Shown one piece after another: positions 38,411 through 64,000 of a DNA stretch of 64,000 bases. The notes under the pieces were generated by a model. That model was given only the letters and a program-made list of their open reading frames with translations. It was not told the DNA's origin and made no database searches. Origin of the DNA: Sminthopsis crassicaudata (lineage: Eukaryota). How positions within the stretch are numbered: the first letter of the stretch is position 1; each line of letters begins with the position of its first letter. The position numbers were made by a program, and so were the translations under genes. The DNA is taken from contig NC_133617.1 of assembly GCF_048593235.1 (NCBI RefSeq), forward strand, positions 627,730,958-627,794,957, given 5' to 3'.

Positions 38411-41400
38411 ATGAATGGTGCCCCTTCCCCTGAGGATGGGGCTTCCCCTTCTCCTCCCCCTCTGCCACCACCACCACCTCCTCCAAGTTGGCGGGAGTTC
38501 TGTGAATCCCACGCTCGGGCGGCAGCCCTGGACTTTGCCCGACGCTTCCGCCTCTACTTGGCCTCCCACCCCCAATATGCAGGGCCTGGGGCTGAGGCAG
38601 CCTTTTCCCGACGTTTCGCCGAGCTCTTCTTGCAGCACTTTGAGGCAGAGGTGGCCCGGGCCTCTGGTTCCCTTTTATCATCTGGCTCAATCCCTCTGAG
38701 TCCTGGTACAGAAACCCCATCCCGTGATCTTTCCCTGGAGAGCTGCAGGAGCAGTGGGCCTCTGACTGTGTTGGGTCCTTCCCGATCCTCTGAAGACCTG
38801 GCTGCCCCTCTCCCTTCCTCAATCTCTTCATCCTCCTCAAAGCCTAAGCTGAAGAAACGTTTCTCCCTTCGCTCTGTGGGCCGATCAGTACGAGGCTCAG
38901 TTCGAGGGATCTTGCAGTGGCGGGGAGCTGGTGATCCCCCCTCTCCAGTGGGACCCTTGGAGACCTCTGCCTCTGGGCCACCTGTCCTGGGTGGAAACAG
39001 CAACTCCAACTCCTCTGGTGGGGGTGGTAGCACCAATGTGGGGTCAACTGGCGGTGGGGCATCCCCCGGGGAAAGATGGACACATCGTTTTGAGAGGCTG
39101 AGACTAAGTAGGGGAGGGGGACCCTTAAAGGAAGGGACAGGGACAGTACAAAGGGAGGGGCTACTGAGCTTCATGGGAACAGAGGAGGCAGCTGTTGGTG
39201 GAGGAGAAGGTCGAGGGGGAGGAGGAATTGGAACCTCATCTGGGGGTGGGGGACCACCAAGGTGGCAGAAGTGTCGCCTGCTGCTTCGGAGTGAGGGGGA
39301 AGGAGGAGGAAATCGGCTGGAGTTCTATATCCCACCTAAGGTGAGAGAGAAGGGGAAGTGTGACTGGGGATAAATAATGTAAATGCCTTGCAGATAGAAC
39401 CCCAGAAGTTTGTAAGCTGATAGGTTTTACTTTTCTTTCTTTTTTTTTTCTTTTTTTGAAACTTGGACCCATCTTGCCAGCTCTTGACACTTGTTAAGTG
39501 TACAGGACTAGGGTGGTGATTTAAACAGTTTTTCTGCCACCTCCACATTACTTACAAGGTAGAGCAGGGAGCCACTGGGCTTGTGTTGACACCTCTTTGT
39601 GAAGTGGGAAGAGCTGGGAGGCCAGGTTCCCCCCTCCCCCCAGAAGTGGAGGAGTATATTTGATCGTGAATATTGAGACTCCTACCAGCCTCTTCTACCA
39701 CAGGCATCCCGGCCCCGGATCAACATCCTGTGTTCTACCATCACAGATGTCCGGACAACCACAGCCCTGGAGATGCCGGATAGGGAGAATACCTTTGTGG
39801 TCAAGGTCAGCGGCTTTGGCATTTCATTCTTCTTTTATCATTCATTCCAAAGAATATGATTCTTGTATGTGGGGAGGGGGGGAGTGCAGTATGGAAGATA
39901 GGCAGGCTCTAGGTTTTCTCAAGGACTAGAAGTTGTGAGAAAGATGCCATGATCCCACAACCAAGGGACAGTTCCCCGAAATGAAGACATGCTCTTGAAG
40001 TTTAGGCCTTCTTTTCTCTTTCTCACTCTCTCCATGTATATGTGTGTACGTGTGTATGTACATATACACACCATTATGCATACACACACATGTAATACAA
40101 ATATACTTACTAGGAAAGTGATACACAACAAAAGGAAATGGCTGGAGAGAAGGTTCTTCTCATTGAGGTTGGTTGAAGGCACCTGGGAAGCTCTCAATGT
40201 CTTACTGGCCTACTCTTGCCCCCATCTGCTGTCTGAAGTACCTTACCCTTGTCTCCATAGGTGGAGGGTTCTATGGAATATATTCTGGAGACAGCTGATG
40301 CCCTAAATATGAAGGTTTGGGTGTCTGATCTACAGGATTGCCTGAGCCCAGGGTGAGGGGCCTGAGGGGGCAAGGGAGGGTAGGTGGTAGAAAAGGTGCT
40401 TAATGCCGCTCAGTTCACCTTGTGACTTTTCCCTCTTCCCCCTTTTCCCTGAAATTTTCTGTGCCACTGATTCCCAATCTGATTACTTCATTCCCTACCA
40501 GAGAAAAAACAGACAGCCTGGACCTATCCTGCCTCAACCACTCAGAGAGTCTGCCCAGCCAGGAGCTGCCCTTGGGGCCTAGTGAGAGCAACGAGCACTT
40601 ATCTCAGGGTGAGACTGCAGAAAAGGACAGCCAGACTCTTGGGGGTAACTTGGGTTGTTAACTAGCTCCTTCTCAAAATGTTAGAGCTAGAAGAGACCTT
40701 ATAGTCCAACTTCCTTGTTTTACAGGTGAGGAAACAGGGTCAGAGAGGAGGAGTGTAAGTGGTAGGGCAGAGTTAGGACTAGAACCCAGGTCTGCAGACT
40801 AACGGTGCAGGGGGTGTATCTTTTGAAGACCTGTTGTCTTAGCTTATTTAATGAATCAGCGTCAATAGATTGTCATCCTCCATGATCTCTGAGGTCTTTA
40901 CCAGTTCTAAGATGGATATATTGATTTAGTGTCCAGAAGATGCTTTGAACTCTGGACATAAAAAGAACTTGAAGGTGTTGCTTTTACTCTTAAGGGCCAT
41001 TGTGGAGGGGAAGACTTAGCATTAGATGAAACCAGCAGTAGTGTGAGGCAGGACCTGCCATGTGCCTGGTGAGTGCTACCTGCAGCAGTTACAGTGGATC
41101 TGAGAGGAGGAAGAGGCCACTGGTGGTTGAAATAGTCAAGGGAGGTCTCCTGGATTTTGATGGGCTCAGGTGTTAGGACAGTGGAAGCAGAGAAGCAGAG
41201 GAAAAGAATTCTGGGGCATCTAAATGGCTCAGTGTAGAGCACCAGCCTTGAAGTCAGGAGGATCTGAGTTCAAATCTGGCCTCAGACACTTAACACTTCC
41301 TGGCTGTGTGACCCTGGGCAAGTCACTGAAGCCTGATTGCCTTAGGAAAAACAACAACAGTAAAATGAAAATAAGTGAGATGTGTGTATGAAGGGCAACA

Positions 41401-44082
41401 AATGATCAATTAGGCTGGAAGGAAGAAGACAGGAGAAAAGACTGAAGAGTAGACTGAAGTTAGGCTGAAGTGCTACACCAAGTTTAGTCTTTTTTGGGTT
41501 AAGTGACTTGCCCAGGGTCACACAGGTAGGAAGTATTAAGTGTCTGAGGTCACATTTGAACTCGGGTCCTCCTGAATTCAAGGCTGGTGCTCTATCCATT
41601 GCGCCACCTAGCTGCCCCCCAAGTTCAATCTTTTAGAAAATGAGCCCATAGAGGGTTTTTGAGCATCAGGTTGCTTTTAGGAAGATTTCTCTGATCTCAT
41701 CTAGAGGATAGATTTGAGGAGGAAATTTGAGCCACAGAGACAATCAGAAAGTTATTCTCCTTTTGTGGCCTAGGAAGAAGAGTTAACTGGGGAGTGGTTT
41801 GGGTTATGGAGGGTGCTGAATCTCATGCTTTTCCTGCACCTTTGGTTTTTCCTTTAGGGGCATATGGGGGCCTCTCGGATCGTCCTTCAGCTTCTGTCTC
41901 CCCCAGCTCTGCCTCCATTGCTGCTTCCCATTTTGATTCAATGGAACTACTGCCCCCAGAGTTGCCCCCCCGAGTCCCTATTGAAGAGGGGCCCCCAGTG
42001 GGGACAACTTACCCTCCGCCAGCCCCCTACCCTCCTCCAGACACTCCAGACACTCCAGGTACCAGGGTGTATATGTGTGTGTATATAAATGTGTGTGTGC
42101 ATATAGTAACATACCTATGGATACACGTGGATAGAGAGGAGGATATTTGTGTGTTTTTGTCTCATAAGTCTTTCTAACTACTTCTAATTCTAGTTCTCTT
42201 CTTACCTAAAATCTTTTTCCGGAGTCTTTCAGCTGTGAGGGACTGTGAGTGTAGGGGAAAGGGAAGTTGTGAAAGGGAAGGGCTTCAAGACAGAAGATTC
42301 TTGTCCTCAGGGATGGGGGAGGCTTCCCTGACACCCCGGTTTCCCCACTCTTTCCTCCCTGAAGGTTCGTTCCTGTTCCAGGGGGAATCAGATGGAGGTG
42401 ATGGGGACCACCCCCTTTCAGAATACCCTTGGTTCCATGGGACCCTCTCCCGACTCAAAGCTGCCCAGCTAGTATTGGCAGGGGGTGCTGGCAGCCATGG
42501 TGTCTTCCTGGTACGTCAAAGTGAGACAAGGAGGGGGGAGTATGTCCTCACGTTCAACTTCCAGGGCAAGGCCAAGGTGAGTGCCTCCATGGAAGGAAGG
42601 GCTTCTTTCTTAGAGAAAAGGAAACTTCAGGGTCTCCTTGGGAAGTCTTGGGAAGCTTAGAAGTATCCCTTGGAAAGAGAGTTAAGAGGAGGGGAAGTTT
42701 GTGAAGTACGTGATTCCCAGGGAAATGGGAAACTTGGGGAAAAGATCTTAGATCCCAGGGGAAAGGGTAGTTTAAGAGAGATGACAGAGAGAAGGTGACA
42801 GCCCTCGGGTCCCGAGAAGAAAGCAGTCTTTACCTTCCCCATCCCGGCCCCCAGCACCTTCGTTTATCCCTGAATGAGGATGGTCAATGCCGGGTGCAGC
42901 ACCTCTGGTTCCAGACCGTCTTTGACATGCTGGAGCACTTCCGGGTCCACCCCATTCCTCTGGAGTCTGGGGGCTCCAGTGACGTCACCCTTGTCAGCTA
43001 TGTTGTGGCCTCCCAGAGGCTCCAAGGTAAGTGGGGCTGCAGGGGAGAAGGGAGGATGAGCAGAGAGGAGAAGGCTCTCAATGCAGGTTGTGGGGCATGT
43101 TTAGAGGGGGATGAGGGAGGGGTGGAAAGGAGAAAAGTGTACCTGCAGAGAGGGGCTTAACCACTCTTCCTTTCTGTCCCTTTGGAGGGGACCCTCGAAC
43201 CAGGGGGAGGGGGGAAGGTGGTGAGAATGGGATTGGTACATTTTCATTTCCATCAAAAGCCTCTGCCCATTGTCTGTCTCTGCTTCCATTCTTCCCTACT
43301 TTTTCCTCTCTCTTTTCCTTATCTATACCTTGATCTTCCTCTGTCTTTTCTTGGCAATGCTTTCCCTGTTCCCCCATGTGTTTGCCCCATGTGATCTTTG
43401 CCCAACTCTCTGCTCCTCCTCTTTCCCCTTCCTGACCACTCTCCAACCCCTGCTGTCCTGTCTGCCCTCCTCCTCACTCCCCCTCAGGCAGGGAACGGGC
43501 AGGGAGCCGAGCTGGGGTGTGTGAGGGAGATCGCTGCTATCCCGACGCCTCTTCCACCCTCATGCCCATCGGAGCGAGTGACTGTGTGTAAGTGTGCTTC
43601 CTCTCCATGTTCCATCCTCCATGAGGGGGCTTGGAAGGTGTGGGAAGAAGGTATTTGGGTCCTGAGGATAATGGAGGTAAAAGGGAGGGAGTGCCAAAAA
43701 GACTTAAGTCCTATGTGTTCTCTCTGAGTCATCTTCCCTCCTACCCTTTTTAGAACCGAACATCTCCCATGACCCATCCCAACCTACTGACCCTGATCCA
43801 AGGGCAGACCCTGCACACCCTGGGGAAGAGGAGGAGATGGTGGAAGCACCAGAAGCTGCAGAGCAGGAGAAGGCAGGCAGTGGAGGGACCCCAGGAGAGC
43901 CAGGCCCTGTGGCTGAGCTCGAGGAGGCCACAGCCCTAAACAGGGAGCCCCCAGGGCTAGAGGGGCCTGCTGGGGAGGTGGGAGTGAACTCTTTTGTGCA
44001 TTTCTTGCAGTTGCAGCCAGGGAATGCCGGGGAGGAAGGGGCCCGCTCCAGAGCCATCAATAACCAGTACTCCTTCCTATAA
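38411..44082 (+). CDS. SH2B1: SH2B adapter protein 1 (Phe-zipper dimerisation, PH and SH2 domains); alpha isoform 714 aa, beta isoform 644 aa
   Basis: Exons 38411-39340, 39704-39805, 40261-40352, 40502-40608, 41858-42058, 42365-42576, 42855-43026, then 43754-44082 (alpha, ending [10 protein letters not shown]) or 43488-43587 plus 43754-43772 (beta, ending CVTEHLP*). Motifs: [73 protein letters not shown]. Confidence 0.96.
41213..41350 (+). mobile_element. Marsupial WSINE/MAR1-type SINE
   Basis: 'ggggcatctaaatggctcagtgtagagcaccagccttgaagtcaggaggatctgagttcaaatctggcctcagacacttaacacttcc'. Confidence 0.9.
41491..41620 (-). mobile_element. Marsupial WSINE/MAR1-type SINE (inverted relative to 41213-41350)
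   Basis: Reverse complement reads 'ggggcagctaggtggcgcaatggatagagcaccagccttgaattcaggaggacccgagttcaaatgtgacctcagacacttaatacttcc'. Confidence 0.9.
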
Positions 44083-44447
44083 GGATGAATATCCCCACAC
44101 ACAACTAATTCCCCTTTCTTCTTGGCCCCGGGCCAGGACCCAGGACAGATCCTCCCCAGAGAGGTACAAACGCTTCCCTTGCCCCTGTTTGTCTAGGGGG
44201 TGGGAATGGTACAGGACAGAGGGACAGAGCCATTAGTAACTTCCCAGATGACACACTCCAAGCCGCCCCTTTCCCGGGGCGGGGACTTAGGTCCATTACC
44301 TCCTTTTGGGGGTGGGCCAATTGTGCTCAGCCTCGCCCCCTGTGGGCCATTTCTCCAGTACCTTTCACAGCTCTCTGTGATGTATTGGAGAGGGGCTGTA
44401 TCAGCTACATTAAGGATTTTTTTTTTTAAGTGAAATGGAGAAACATC

Positions 44448-44453
44448 AATAAA
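44448..44453 (+). terminator. SH2B1: SH2B1 polyadenylation signal AATAAA
   Basis: AATAAA about 370 nt after the alpha stop, followed by U/GU-rich sequence. Confidence 0.75.
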
Positions 44454-44983
44454 AAAGGTTTATCTCAGCTCTCTGGTCCTTGGCCCAATGTTTGTGTCCC
44501 AGGAAGGAATTGGAGATGGGGATGTGATTGGCTCAGGAGGTGCATATAAGAATGCTTTTTGATCCCAAATCAGCCACTTCCCACGTTAAGCTAGTCATAA
44601 GTGCCTTCTAATGCTTAATACTCTCAATCTGGAATTACAACCCTCTGGGAGGGCTGTGAAATAGTCGGGGGTGAGGGTAGCTGCTTCTTCCTAAGTGGGT
44701 GATTCTGGGGGAAGTCAGAGAGAATAGCCATCGAACTAGGCTGGAAAGGCTAGACTGGGGGGGGGGGGCATTGTGAGGTGACTTGGAAACCTGGTGTGGA
44801 GTGAGGGAACCTGTGTCCTGGCTCTGTTGCTCACTTGACATGGCACTCAGAGGAGCCTCTCAGTGTGGGGGCTCCCTTTACTCCTCTGAAAACCAGGGTA
44901 GATTAAATGTGTCTCAGGACCTTCTAGCCCCAAAATGCTGTGTCCCCGCTTGTGACTGTTCCCAGCTTTTGTGGTGCACTTCT

Positions 44984-44997
44984 CCAGAAGGGGGCGC
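44984..44997 (+). promoter_or_regulatory. Candidate CTCF site CCAGAAGGGGGCGC
   Basis: Close match to the CTCF core consensus, in the SH2B1-ATP2A1 intergenic region. Confidence 0.55.
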
Positions 44998-47409
44998 CCC
45001 CGGGCCTCCTCCTTGTGGGTTTTAAGAGAGAAGAAAAGCGCTGGCAGGAGGCGTCCAGGCAAATCACTTAGATTTAAAGATGATTAATTGGACCCTAAAA
45101 GATGAGACGGGTCATAGGAGCATGCGGGGCTCCCAGAACTGACTGCTGGCTGGTTGCTCTGCACTGCACCACACTGCTGCCGAAGGCCCTCTCCAGCCCG
45201 CTCCAGCTGCCCTCTCTCTGCAGGTTACCTTCCCCCCTGGCTTTTCCCCTGTGCTCCTGCCTGTCACTAGCACTCCCACCCGGTGGGATGCTCCGGCTCT
45301 GTGTTCTTCCCTTCCTTCTGTCCCAACTCCCCTCCTCCTGCAGGCCCCAGGCGCTGTGACCTTGTTATTCTGAGCCTCTGGTTCTGACAAGAGACAGACA
45401 GGAGACAGCTGGCCCTGCAGTGTGCCCTGGGCAGGGAGCTGCCTGGAGGCTGCTTATTTCCCCACTTGGTCTTCTCTCTGGGGTTCCCTCATTACTCAGC
45501 TGGGGGGGGGACCTGAACCAGCACTTCAAGAGGGAGAAAGCTGGGGGATCTCGGTGTTAGGAATGGGGAGTAGGAGAAGCCCACCGCTTGAGAGATTCAC
45601 AGGATCTGATTCAGATCTAATCTGACTAGAAACAAACTGTATTCTTGGTTTTCAGAAAATTATCTGTATGAGGCAAAAGGGGACTCTGGAGGAATAGATG
45701 GCACACAGGAACCAAAGGCCTTCCTCCTCAGTTCCCATGTTTGAATGATAATTGTTCCTTTCCCTTAAACTCTGGGCCTTCACATCTCCTCACAGACTCG
45801 GAATGTTAGAGCTAAGATGCACTTGAGAATTTTGGTCCAACTCCTTGTTTTAGAGATAAAGAAGCTGTCTGCCAGGGTGACAAGGGGAGTTGATGATGAG
45901 CCCTTGGGGATAAGAATGAGAACACCTTCCTCAATCGAACCAGAAAATGTTTGGACATCTTCAGTAGAAAAGGATCTTAATTATTTTCTAAATCATTTTC
46001 TTTCTCTTTTTAGAGACACCTCTGATATTCCTCAGTGTGGTAACTGGATAAAATATTTTTCCTCCCTGAGCCTCTAGTTTTATCTGTAAAATTAGGGGAT
46101 TTAAGGCTTTGGACTAGCACTTGATAAACTTTAGAATCCCTTTTTGGTTTTTTCCTTATTAAGATTCTGTGCTCTTTTATCCCACATACAATCTTTTGCT
46201 CCCTTTAATATTCTCTCTTTCTCTTTCCCCTCTTTCCTCCCTCCCTCCCTCCCCTTCGCTCTCTCTCCCTCCCTTCTTCTTTTCCCCCCCTCTCCATGTT
46301 TGGTCACTCTTGCTCCTTCAAGACGGGCAGTGGCCCCTGTCACTCAACCAGGGTGGGGAAAAAGTAGCCTGAGCAGTAGCTTAGGTTATAGTGAATTTGC
46401 CCTCTCACACCTCTCTCCACGACCCAGATAACATGGGATCACGCGATAGGTCTAAAAGTCCCCTGATTCTTGTGGGTGTGATTCTCTCACATAACTGCCC
46501 CATTTTGTGTAGCCCCCACACTCCAATCTCCCACCCCCCTCCCCCAGAGGTCAGGGAAGGACTCAGCTGTGGAGGAGAGACAGTCAAAGCTGTGAAAAAG
46601 GGGAGGGGGAGGAGAGCTATGTCCTCACATTACCCTGGAGGTTGCCCTTCCAGCCCAGGCAGAGAAGTGGTAAGGTACTGAAGGGTTCAAGAGGGAAGCA
46701 TTCCTAAATCTCTTTGCACTCCCACCCCACAAATCACTGTTTTTCACAAGTGAAGAAGTTCCCTCTCCCCCCCTTTTCTTGCTTGCACCTTTCATTAGAG
46801 TATTGGAGCCAAAATGGATCTTAAAGGATTAATCAACTAGTATGGTGTCCTCATACTGCAAATGGGAAAATGGAAGCACAGGAAAATGATTTTCAAAAAG
46901 TTACACAACTCCCTTTCTATGACCTTCCCCTCTAATTCTTTACTACTATTCTCATCTCCTCCCAGCTCTTCTCTCACTTCTTTTCCTTACTCCTTCAGCT
47001 ATTGCCTTCCTCATTCTCTCTCCTATACCCCTCCTAACCAGCCCCCAATACTCAACACTCTCCTGACCCCCCAAAGTCCCCTCCTACCTCCCCCATTCTT
47101 CAGCAGTTGCCTAGTGGTAACCAGACGCTCCACCCTGGGGTAAGGGTGGGGGCTGGTTTGGAGCAGCTGCTACTCCTGAGAGGCTGACACTGAATCCAGG
47201 GTTCAGAAACTTCTTGTGCCTTCAAAGCCACTCTTTCAGTCCTGCCTGGCTCCTGACAAAAGGGCCCCCAAGCCCCTTCTCCTTAAGATTCAGCTTGCTG
47301 CTTATTCCACTGCCCCCTTTCCTCTGCTTTGTTCCCCTCAGCTGTCCCTTTTAGGGCTTTATCCATTCTTCCTCCTTCCCCCATGACTTCTCCAAATAAG
47401 GCAACTGTG

Positions 47410-47570
47410 GCGGAGTGGAAAAAGTGATGGATTAGGAAGAACTGAGTGTGAATCCCAGTTTTGCCACTTATTAGTTATGTAATTGTGGACATCTCTCTGG
47501 AATTCACTTTTCTCATCTATAAAATGAAAGGGTTGGAAAAGATGGTCTACAAGGTCCCTTCCAGTTCAAA
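47410..47570 (+). mobile_element. MIR SINE
   Basis: 'ctgagtgtgaatcccagttttgccactt...tttctcatctataaaatgaaagggttgg...aaggtcccttccagttc'. Confidence 0.75.
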
Positions 47571-49028
47571 ACCCAAGATTTCCCCTACACCAGTGCCTGT
47601 CCCAGATTTCACCAGATTTGATCTTCCCCAGTTGTACCCATATCCACTTCCTCTGTCTACAGCAACCTGATTTAGTTATCCTTCATGACTGCCTGTCCCA
47701 CCCTAATTTCCCTGAAGGGATCTATCCAACTCTTGAACACAGTATAAACATTATTGTTGTTCTCCACTAACCCTACATTTTTCCTGTGAACTTTTCCAAT
47801 CCTCACTGCCACAAATAAGTGATAATATATTAACTATAAGGTTTGGGGTCAAGACCTGTCAGTGGGGGGGGGGGAGAGAGAGAGAAAAGAAACCTGTCAA
47901 TGTGGAGGAAGCCATGACTAGAGAAAGAATTGTTTCTATCCATCCTTGTCTAAGAAGGTATCTCTACCCCCATTTTAAACCTTCAGACCATATGTCTCTC
48001 CCCTCTGTGCCATCAGCACATTTTGTAGCCTCTTGGGTTACCCCTGTTGCCATCTTCCTGGGGGAGGGGGGGAATTCCCTATCAGGAATAGTGGAGCAGG
48101 GACCTGTGTTTCCCGTGCCTTTTGGAGGGCAGGTGGGGAGGTGGTGTTGGCAGGGGGTACATGCAGTCCTGGCTCTGCTCACCAGCACTTGGACACTAAA
48201 TCCCATGTTGATGGCTTCTGCTGTCCCCCTCCCTGGGGTAGGGTTACCACCTTCTGCCCTGTCCCTTTGACCCTCTCCCCTCCTCATTTCCACTTGCCCC
48301 TCTAAAGTTGCTATCTCCTAAGCCACAACAGAAAAATCTCCCCTCTACTTTTGTCTTAGATTTCCCTGGCCCCTTTCACTTAATCTCATAGTTTTGATCT
48401 CTATGTGTTTCCTCCTTTATTTCATTAGGATGAGGAAGATGCTATGGCAGTAGGGACAGGCTGTGCTGTCCAGGTGGAAGTAGTGGTGGAGGGAACTAAT
48501 GGGAGGGGGAAAAGGGATGAAAGTTGAAAGGGGGTGGAAAGAGGAAAAAATAAACTTGTGTTGAGGAAGCTAGAATTTGATGGAAAGAGGAAGCAAGGGA
48601 AGTAAGTTGAAGGGAAGATGAGAAATATAGACAGTCTCAGTTTCCCCCTGCCCCCTCTTTCCCTGGGGCAGGGGCCACTCTGGCCTTATGAGTGACATCT
48701 CAGGCTGCAGCCCCACTGTTCCCCCTCTGTCAGCAAAAATACCTCTCTCTTCTGGCCCCTCCTGTAGGGTCTTGGCCAGCCAATCCTGGACCTGGTGGGG
48801 GGGTTGGGCACCCCCTCAACTCACTCATAAGGGCCAGCTGGGGGTGGGGGGGTGGCCGGCTGCTGTAGGTTGGACGGGGGTCAGAGTTGCGTGGAGGGAG
48901 ACAAGCCCATTAGGGGGGCTGAAGAGAGACAGACAAGCAGGTGGAGAGATTGAGGAGGAAATCCCCACGTCTGAAAGAGACCCCCAAGAAAGAACGCACC
49001 GGCCCCTGGCCCCCAGGAAGGGAGCAAG

Positions 49029-64000
<14,972 letters not shown>

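Noticed and set aside
38554-39174. 206-aa antisense ORF
   Set aside because: Mirror of the SH2B1 coding exon; no independent evidence.

Overview
Eukaryotic (mammalian) genomic DNA containing the conserved ATXN2L(+) - TUFM(-) - SH2B1(+) - ATP2A1(+) block, which is syntenic to human 16p11.2. The SINE and L1 repertoire points to a marsupial, possibly a dasyurid; this is an inference from recognised repeat sequence. I walked every exon by hand. ATXN2L is complete (23 coding exons, 1044 aa), TUFM has 10 exons with an unresolved exon1/exon2 phase conflict, SH2B1 is complete (alpha and beta endings), and ATP2A1/SERCA1 has exons 1-21 and runs off the window. The main unexpected structure is a decayed, intron-containing tandem duplicate of the whole TUFM locus at about 21.2-24.7 kb, between ATXN2L and the functional TUFM. 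Its exons are destroyed by frameshifts, start-codon loss and a SINE insertion, but its CpG-island promoter and ETS/CRE/E-box/ZNF143-type motifs are preserved. Also notable are an unidentified 9-aa-repeat ORF at the window start, a CCAAT-rich candidate internal promoter in ATXN2L intron 1, a spliced uORF whose stop overlaps the SH2B1 start codon, a shortened SH2B1 exon 4, an inverted SINE pair, and muscle-type regulatory clusters around ATP2A1. Repeat boundaries are approximate and family names come from recognition, not a database search.
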